Assembly: GCA_037147375.1 (NCBI GenBank)
Contig: JBAWVI010000041.1
Span: forward strand, 1 to 8,291
Length of the DNA stretch: 8,291 nucleotides
Direction of reading: 5' to 3'
DNA from: an archaeon
GTDB lineage: Archaea; Iainarchaeota; Iainarchaeia; Iainarchaeales; CSSED10-239
The translations under genes and the position numbers were made by a program. Below the pieces are notes generated by a model. That model ran no database searches, was not told the origin of the DNA, and saw only the letters and a program-made list of their open reading frames with translations. This document shows, one piece after another, positions 3,861 through 8,291 of the stretch (the stretch's first letter is position 1; each line of letters starts with the position of its first letter).

Positions 3861-5792
3861 TTATGATATTATTCTAACATCAATCTGACTCTGTTGATTA
3901 TCTAAAATCTCATGAGCTGTTGAATTGATGTCTGTTGTTTGTGATTTTATGATACCAATGTCTGTTAATAATGTATCAATTCTTGATGATATACTTCCTG
4001 AAAGATATTCCCAGGTTGTTGTTGTAGTATTATCTATCTCATCAAGTCTTGCTACTTGTTCATTATGCATTACTACAGCTGCTGCTTTGATATTATATAT
4101 TTCTTGACACAATGCACTTGAATCTGTTTGTGGATTTGAACAAAATTGTTCAAGTAAAGCAATGTTTCCATCAATATTTGCAAATCTTTGGTCTATTGCT
4201 ACTCTATCTGTGTCATTCATAGCATGTACTGTAAGCCATGTAGTATCATCCTTAACACTTTGTACTTGTGTTGATAATTGTTCAAGCATTACGTTTAATT
4301 GAGCATTTAAGTCTCCAGCAACAAGGCTTGTAATCATATTAGATAAAGATGAATTAACATCTGATAAATCTGATTTGATTTCTTGTCCTGTAGTTACTAC
4401 TTGTCCATTAACGCTAACTTCTAAACTATCAAGTCTTGCACTTAAGAAATTATTTGAATCTAAGAACTTTTGTGCAATTAAAGCATTTGTGTTATTAAAT
4501 TGGTTTGTGATTTGACTTGACAAACTTACGTTTAATGCATCTAAGATATCTGTTAAGTTTGTATTAACGTTTGTTAAGTTTGTGTTTATCTCGTCACCAG
4601 TATCTTGAACCTTTGCATTTAAACTTAAATTTACGTTTTCTAATTGAGCAGAAAGTTCAGCAAATTTAGTTGTCATTTGTGTTGAAAGGTTTGTGTTTAC
4701 TGTGTTTAAAAGGTTTGTTAAAGATGTATCAACGTTTGTTAAGTGTGCGTTAATAGCGTCACCAGTAGCAACCATTCTTCCATCTATACTTAAGTTAATA
4801 TCTTCTAAGTTATTTCCAAGAGCTAAAAACTCAGAGCCCATTTGGTTTGAAAGGTTTGTGTTTACTGTGTTTAAGATATTTGTCATTGATGTATTAACAT
4901 CACTTAAGTTTGTAGTAATGATTTGTCCTGTTTCTGCAACCTTTGCCATGATTGTTAAATTAACATCACTTAATTGTGCAGTTTCTGCATTAAATGAACT
5001 TAACATCTGACCTGAAAGGTTAGTATTTACTGTATTTAATAAACTTGTTAATGATGTGTTTGATGTACTAATACTTGTTTGTAATTCTTGTCCTGTAGTT
5101 ACTACAGTTCCAGTAATACTTACATTAACATCATTTAATTGTGTCCCAAGTGTATTAATTCCTTCAGCTAATTGGCTTGTAACACCTGTATTAACATCTG
5201 TTACTAAATTATTTAAGTTTGTATTCATGTTTGCTATGTTTGTTGTTAATGTTTGATTTGTGTCTGCAATCTTTGCACTTAAAGAAACATTTACTTGTCC
5301 AAGGTTTGCATCAAGTGCATCTACCTTTTCAGTAACTATCTTAACTTGCTCTAAAGCTGGATTTAAGTGGAATGATTGAGATGTTTTAACTGTTTGTGTT
5401 CCGTTTACACAAGTTACTTCTTGTTCGTATGTTCCAAGTGGAGCACCAACAAGTGAATCTGTTCTATACCAGTTTCCTGCAATATTTGATAAAGCCATTG
5501 GCTGGTTATTAACAAATGTACTTTTATCAGGTCTTAAGATTGTAACATTACAAGATTCAACTTGATATGGTTCACCTTGATAATCAGCAAGTCTTACTAT
5601 TGTTGAGGCTACATCATCTCTCCAATATTCAGTGTGAGAAACCCAACTGACTACTGGTTCATTAACTGTTTGTTTACCATCAGTGTATGCAAATGCAAAA
5701 AATGCAATTACAACAATTATAATGGTTGAAACAATACCCCATTTAATAAGCTTCTTTTTTTTGTTTGTATATTTTGGATTTAAATCTTCCAT
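3861..5792 (-). CDS. Large N-terminally anchored surface protein: 2-Cys beta-rich domain, six 55-aa Asn/Thr/Ser/Leu/Val-rich tandem repeats, non-repetitive C-terminal domain
   Basis: ORF track, 643 aa.
- A KKKKLIK stretch precedes the hydrophobic helix WGIVSTIIIVVIAFFAFAY (positive-inside, so the C-terminus is predicted outside).
- GGTGA (plus 5800-5804) lies 7 nt upstream of the ATG at 5792-5790.
- The membrane-proximal domain is at aa ~46-145 and carries C81 and C128.
- The repeat block is at aa 164-508.
- The C-terminal domain is at aa ~509-643 and carries C551 and C562.
I counted about 22 N-X-S/T sequons by hand. Confidence 0.85.
   Translation of the reverse strand: MEDLNPKYTNKKKKLIKWGIVSTIIIVVIAFFAFAYTDGKQTVNEPVVSWVSHTEYWRDDVASTIVRLADYQGEPYQVESCNVTILRPDKSTFVNNQPMALSNIAGNWYRTDSLVGAPLGTYEQEVTCVNGTQTVKTSQSFHLNPALEQVKIVTEKVDALDANLGQVNVSLSAKIADTNQTLTTNIANMNTNLNNLVTDVNTGVTSQLAEGINTLGTQLNDVNVSITGTVVTTGQELQTSISTSNTSLTSLLNTVNTNLSGQMLSSFNAETAQLSDVNLTIMAKVAETGQIITTNLSDVNTSMTNILNTVNTNLSNQMGSEFLALGNNLEDINLSIDGRMVATGDAINAHLTNVDTSLTNLLNTVNTNLSTQMTTKFAELSAQLENVNLSLNAKVQDTGDEINTNLTNVNTNLTDILDALNVSLSSQITNQFNNTNALIAQKFLDSNNFLSARLDSLEVSVNGQVVTTGQEIKSDLSDVNSSLSNMITSLVAGDLNAQLNVMLEQLSTQVQSVKDDTTWLTVHAMNDTDRVAIDQRFANIDGNIALLEQFCSNPQTDSSALCQEIYNIKAAAVVMHNEQVARLDEIDNTTTTTWEYLSGSISSRIDTLLTDIGIIKSQTTDINSTAHEILDNQQSQIDVRIIS
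4269..5303 (-). repeat. In-frame tandem repeat array, period 165 nt (55 aa), six units; the central units are the best conserved
   Basis: The 26-mer GAAAGGTTTGTGTTTACTGTGTTTAA occurs at 4684-4709 and again at 4849-4874, exactly 165 nt apart. A degenerate copy, GAAAGGTTAGTATTTACTGTATTTAA, lies at 5014-5039, a further 165 nt on. The protein units start at L164, L219, L274, L329, L384 and, after a 15-aa insertion, L454. The unit consensus is roughly L-x-[DN]-V-N-[VL]-S-[IL]-x-[AG]-x-V-x-[DT]-T-G-x-x-I-x-T-N-L-[ST]-x-V-N-T-[SN]-[LM]-T-x-[IL]-L-N-T-V-N-T-N-L-S-x-Q-M. Confidence 0.9.
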
Positions 5793-5860
5793 GTTTATTT
5801 CACCTTATTTCACAAATTTTTTTAAATTTTTTATTAAAAGACTACCTTATATTTAATAAC
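5793..5860 (-). promoter_or_regulatory. 5' leader and candidate promoter of the 643-aa gene (SD GGTGA; TATA-like AT blocks)
   Basis: The minus strand upstream of the ATG reads GTGAAATAAG-GTGAAATAAAC-ATG. That is a tandem 10-nt duplication in which each copy carries a GTGA core (plus 5795-5803 and 5805-5813). Further upstream are TTTAATAAAAAATTTAAAAAAATTT (plus ~5814-5838) and TTAAATATAA (plus ~5848-5857). Either could serve as a TATA box. There is no experimental transcription start site, so assigning any one box is a guess. Confidence 0.35.
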
Positions 5861-6069
5861 ATAGATTATTATAAGTTGTTTGTAATACTTATAAACCTAT
5901 TTGTTTAGAAAATTAAAGAAAATCCAAATTTTTGGTTGGATTATTAACCATTAACTGTGAACAATTACTCCTTTTAATAAGTAATTTACTAACTAATACC
6001 AGTAATCCTAACCAATCACAGTTAAATAAGGGGTTTTAATAAGTTTCCTTATTAAAATATGCATATAAA

Positions 6070-6690
6070 TCATTTATTTAAAACAAGTATAAACTTTCTT
6101 TTTTTAATTGATTTTTCATTATAAATAAATTTGTTAACGTAAAAATTACATCTTTCAAATGCAGATGTAACAATTTCAAAAGTTTTTTCATCTTTTGGAT
6201 AAAATTGAATAACACAAACACCATTTTCTGAAAGAAGACTAAACACATTCTTCCCAATCTTCTTAATAATGTTTTTAATTTCCATCTCTTCTTTATTAGA
6301 GATCACCCATTGAAGAGCTGACACAGAAATAATTAAATTAAAATTATTCTTTTCTAAAGACAATTTATTTAAATCAAGAAACCCACCTACAAAAACATCT
6401 AAATTTTTCTTTTTTGCAATATTTATCATTTCGTGTGCAACATCAATTCCAACTAAACTTTCATATCCAAGAGATTTAAGATAAGTTAGAGAAAACCCAG
6501 TACCACATCCAATATCAAGTATCTTATCTTCTTTATTTGGCTCAGTATCTAAAAGAGCAAGGAGAATAGATGTTAATTCTTCTTGAGTTTTTCTCATCCC
6601 ACTTGATTGATCATATCTTTCTGCTTCTTCTCTTGTATAAAAAGAATTTGGATCTTCGTGTTCTTCTTCAGGAGTAATTTTTTTATTCAT
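6070..6690 (-). CDS. Class I SAM-dependent methyltransferase, Bud23/WBSCR22-like (candidate small-subunit rRNA guanine-N7 methyltransferase)
   Basis: ORF track, 206 aa, TGA stop at 6072-6070. SAM motif I is ILDIGCGTGFS. Other blocks match my recollection of conserved Bud23/WBSCR22 segments:
- N-terminal P-x-x-FY-x-x-EEAERY.
- SVSALQWV.
- VIQFYPKDEKTFEIVTSAFERCNF.
- C-terminal KKRKFILVLNK.
The basic C-terminal extension found in eukaryotic Bud23 is absent. Confidence 0.8.
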   Translation of the reverse strand: MNKKITPEEEHEDPNSFYTREEAERYDQSSGMRKTQEELTSILLALLDTEPNKEDKILDIGCGTGFSLTYLKSLGYESLVGIDVAHEMINIAKKKNLDVFVGGFLDLNKLSLEKNNFNLIISVSALQWVISNKEEMEIKNIIKKIGKNVFSLLSENGVCVIQFYPKDEKTFEIVTSAFERCNFYVNKFIYNEKSIKKRKFILVLNK

Positions 6691-6818
6691 ATTTTTTCTC
6701 TAACTTAAGTATTTTACATATATTTATAAATAATTTGAGATATATATTATATATAATAAATATATATAAATTCTACTTTTAATCTTAATCATTAAAAAAT
6801 TATTATTCGTGATAAACT
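6691..6818. promoter_or_regulatory. Divergent intergenic region, almost pure A/T, presumably carrying promoters for both the methyltransferase and the ABC transporter genes
   Basis: This 128-bp region lies between the divergent starts at 6690 and 6819. It holds multiple TATA-like runs (TATTTATAAATAA at ~6721-6733; TATATATTATATATAATAAATATATATAA at ~6741-6769). GTGAT lies 5 nt upstream of the ABC ATPase ATG (cGTGATaaactATG). The individual boxes cannot be discriminated by eye. Confidence 0.35.
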
Positions 6819-7520
6819 ATGATATCTCAAAACGTTGTTGAACTAAAAGATGTGTATAAAACATATAAGATGGGAGATAATGAAGTACATGCTCTTGATG
6901 GAGTTACTCTCACAATTAAGAAAGGTGAGTTTGTTTCTATTATGGGAGCATCTGGTTCTGGTAAATCCACAATGATGCATATTATAGGTGCTCTTGATCT
7001 TCCAACTAGAGGAGAAGTTTTAATTAATAATAAAAGACTTTCAACTCAAACAGAAGATGAGCTTGCACACATTAGAGGAAAATCAATTGGCTTTGTTTTC
7101 CAAGAGTTTAACTTAATTCCAACTCTTACAGCTCTTGAAAACGTAAATCTTCCTGTTCTTTTCCAAGAAGATGGAGATGATGATCACATTAATAGATGTA
7201 AAGCATTACTTGGTCTTGTAGGATTACATGAAAGAATAGATCACAAACCAAATGAATTATCTGGTGGGCAACAACAAAGAGTTGCAATTGCAAGAGCTCT
7301 TGCAAACAATCCAGAAATTATTTTAGCTGATGAACCAACAGGTGCTCTTGATTCAAAATCAAGTCTTGAAATTATTCAACTTCTTGAAAAATTAAATAAA
7401 GATGGACACACAATTATAATTATTACTCATGATCCAGGAGTAGCAAAACATGCAAGAAGAAATGTATTTTTAAAAGATGGAAAAATAATTACAGATTCCG
7501 CAAATAAAGCAAAAATCTAA
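6819..7520 (+). CDS. ABC transporter ATP-binding protein, MacB/LolD/FtsE-like subfamily
   Basis: ORF track, 233 aa. Motifs present:
- Walker A: GASGSGKST.
- Q-loop: FVFQEFNL.
- ABC signature: LSGGQQQRVAIARAL.
- Walker B: IILADEPTGALD.
- H-loop: IIITHD.
A gene for an FtsX/MacB-type permease follows 12 nt downstream. Confidence 0.95.
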   Translation: MISQNVVELKDVYKTYKMGDNEVHALDGVTLTIKKGEFVSIMGASGSGKSTMMHIIGALDLPTRGEVLINNKRLSTQTEDELAHIRGKSIGFVFQEFNLIPTLTALENVNLPVLFQEDGDDDHINRCKALLGLVGLHERIDHKPNELSGGQQQRVAIARALANNPEIILADEPTGALDSKSSLEIIQLLEKLNKDGHTIIIITHDPGVAKHARRNVFLKDGKIITDSANKAKI

Positions 7521-7532
7521 ACTGAAATAAAT

Positions 7533-8291
7533 ATGAAACAATTACCTTTGTTTGTTATAAATAATCTAAGACGTAGAAAACTTAGAAGTTGGTTAACCAT
7601 TATAGGTATAATTGTTGGGGTTCTTGCAATAGTTTCATTAATGTCTTTATCTCAAGGTTTAAAAGATTCAATTACAAGTGAGTTTGATAAACTTGGTGCA
7701 CAAAAAATAACTATTGATTCTAAATTAAATGCACTTGGTGCTGAAACAAATAAAGGTTTAACAACAGATGATATTAGAGAAATTAAGAAAATAAGCGATA
7801 TACAAGACGTTGTTGGAAAAATAAACTCTGGATTAATAATTAAATATAATGGAGAAAGTAAATTTTTAACAGTTACTGGATATGATATTACTCAAATGAC
7901 AGAAATATTCAAGCAAGACAATGTTGAATTACTTAAAGGACGCCTTCCTGAATCTCAAAAAGCAAAAGAAATAATCATGGGTTATGATTTTTATGTAATT
8001 GATGTAACTAGCAATAATACTCCAAACCCTATGGGTTTTGAAAGTAGTGCATTTAAGAAAAAAATAGATATAGGATCTGAAGTTGAAATAGATAATGAAA
8101 AATACAAAGTTGTTGGTATCCTAAAGGACACAGGAAATACTCAAACAAATAGAAATTGTTATATGCCTATTGAAACTCTAAGAAAAATAACTGGAGCTAG
8201 CGAAACTAGTGTTGATTCTATTTATGCAATTGCTAAAGATGGAAAAGATGTTGAGGTTGTTGGAGAAACAATAAAAGATAAACTTATAAGA
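7533..8291 (+). CDS. ABC transporter permease, FtsX/MacB type (N-terminal TM helix plus extracytoplasmic MacB_PCD-like domain); 3' end lies outside the window
   Basis: This ORF is absent from the track because it has no stop inside the window. Hand translation from the ATG at 7533 stays open for 253 codons to 8291: MKQLPLFVINNLRRRKLRSWLTIIGIIVGVLAIVSLMSLSQGLKDSITSEFDKLGAQKITIDS...KYKVVGILKDTGNTQTNRNCYMPIETLRKITG... The N-terminal motif (L-R-R-R-K-L-R-S-x-L-T followed by a TM helix) and the large soluble domain after it are typical of MacB/FtsX permeases. Confidence 0.85.
   Translation, partial: MKQLPLFVINNLRRRKLRSWLTIIGIIVGVLAIVSLMSLSQGLKDSITSEFDKLGAQKITIDSKLNALGAETNKGLTTDDIREIKKISDIQDVVGKINSGLIIKYNGESKFLTVTGYDITQMTEIFKQDNVELLKGRLPESQKAKEIIMGYDFYVIDVTSNNTPNPMGFESSAFKKKIDIGSEVEIDNEKYKVVGILKDTGNTQTNRNCYMPIETLRKITGASETSVDSIYAIAKDGKDVEVVGETIKDKLIR

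Noticed and set aside
3925-5256. Three plus-strand ORFs (3925-4107, 4693-5010, 5056-5256) inside the 643-aa gene
   Set aside because: They are antisense shadows. Their internal repetition (for example the recurring ERFVFTVFK-like strings) simply mirrors the 165-nt repeat of the real gene on the other strand.
4269-5303. Possibility that the periodic repeats are a CRISPR array or a non-coding satellite
   Set aside because: The 165-nt period is a multiple of three and sits inside an uninterrupted 643-codon ORF. The repeats diverge mostly in ways that conserve the protein motif. There is no alternation of short identical repeats with unique spacers.
5685-5744. Possibility that the 643-aa and 264-aa proteins are giant type IV pilins with class III signal peptides
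   Set aside because: The expected K/R-G/A cleavage motif immediately before the hydrophobic segment is not present. The sequences read K-W-G-I-V-S in one and K-R-I-Y-F-V in the other, and there is no conserved +1 Gln as in Epd pilins. They are better read as signal anchors. A dedicated predictor should still be run.
5793-6069. Possible tRNA, C/D-box sRNA or small ORF in the long intergenic region
   Set aside because: No cloverleaf with GC-containing stems is evident. No RUGAUGA or CUGA box pair is visible on either strand. The only ATG-initiated frame I found on the minus strand encodes about 12 aa. The inverted repeats are retained as a low-interest finding only.
6691-6818. Multiple TA-rich near-palindromes in the divergent promoter region
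   Set aside because: The region is almost pure A/T, so imperfect TA palindromes are expected by composition. I could not identify a perfect or GC-anchored repeat worth calling a specific operator.
6819-8291. MacB-type ABC transporter as part of the surface/filament system
   Set aside because: It is on the opposite strand. A housekeeping-type methyltransferase and a 277-bp spacer separate it from the cluster. It also belongs to a very common, functionally broad transporter family. There is no sequence evidence of linkage beyond proximity.

Overview
This is a strongly AT-rich, densely coding prokaryotic window (about 30% G+C by eye, not computed). It most likely comes from a small-genome archaeon. 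The evidence is a FlaI/PilB-type ATPase core, GGTGA/GTGAT ribosome-binding sites, TATA-rich intergenic regions and a Bud23-like methyltransferase. A Tad-bearing bacterium cannot be excluded without searches.

Minus strand, read right to left:
- 6070-6690: a Bud23/WBSCR22-like SAM methyltransferase.
- 5793-6069: a 277-bp structured intergenic region.
- 3861-5792: a 643-aa N-terminally anchored surface protein. Its centre is six 55-aa (165-nt) tandem repeats packed with N-X-S/T sequons.
- 3791-3835: a hairpin plus T-tract.
- 2960-3754: a 264-aa shorter paralogue of the 643-aa protein.
- 981-2855: a 624-aa type IV filament/secretion ATPase with an N-terminal polyferredoxin-like Cys-rich domain.
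- 237-980 and 1-214 (partial): two consecutive single-domain T2SSF (TadB/TadC-like) platform genes.

Plus strand at the right end: a MacB/LolD-type ABC ATPase (6819-7520) and its FtsX/MacB-type permease (7533-8291, runs off the window).

The best candidate for an undescribed system is the minus-strand cluster 1-5792. It is an Epd/Tad-like motor whose ATPase is fused to an Fe-S domain. It sits next to two paralogous, repeat-bearing, probably heavily glycosylated surface proteins, and no canonical pilin is visible. No rRNA, tRNA, CRISPR array or mobile element was seen. All family assignments rest on motifs read by eye and need HMM or BLAST confirmation.
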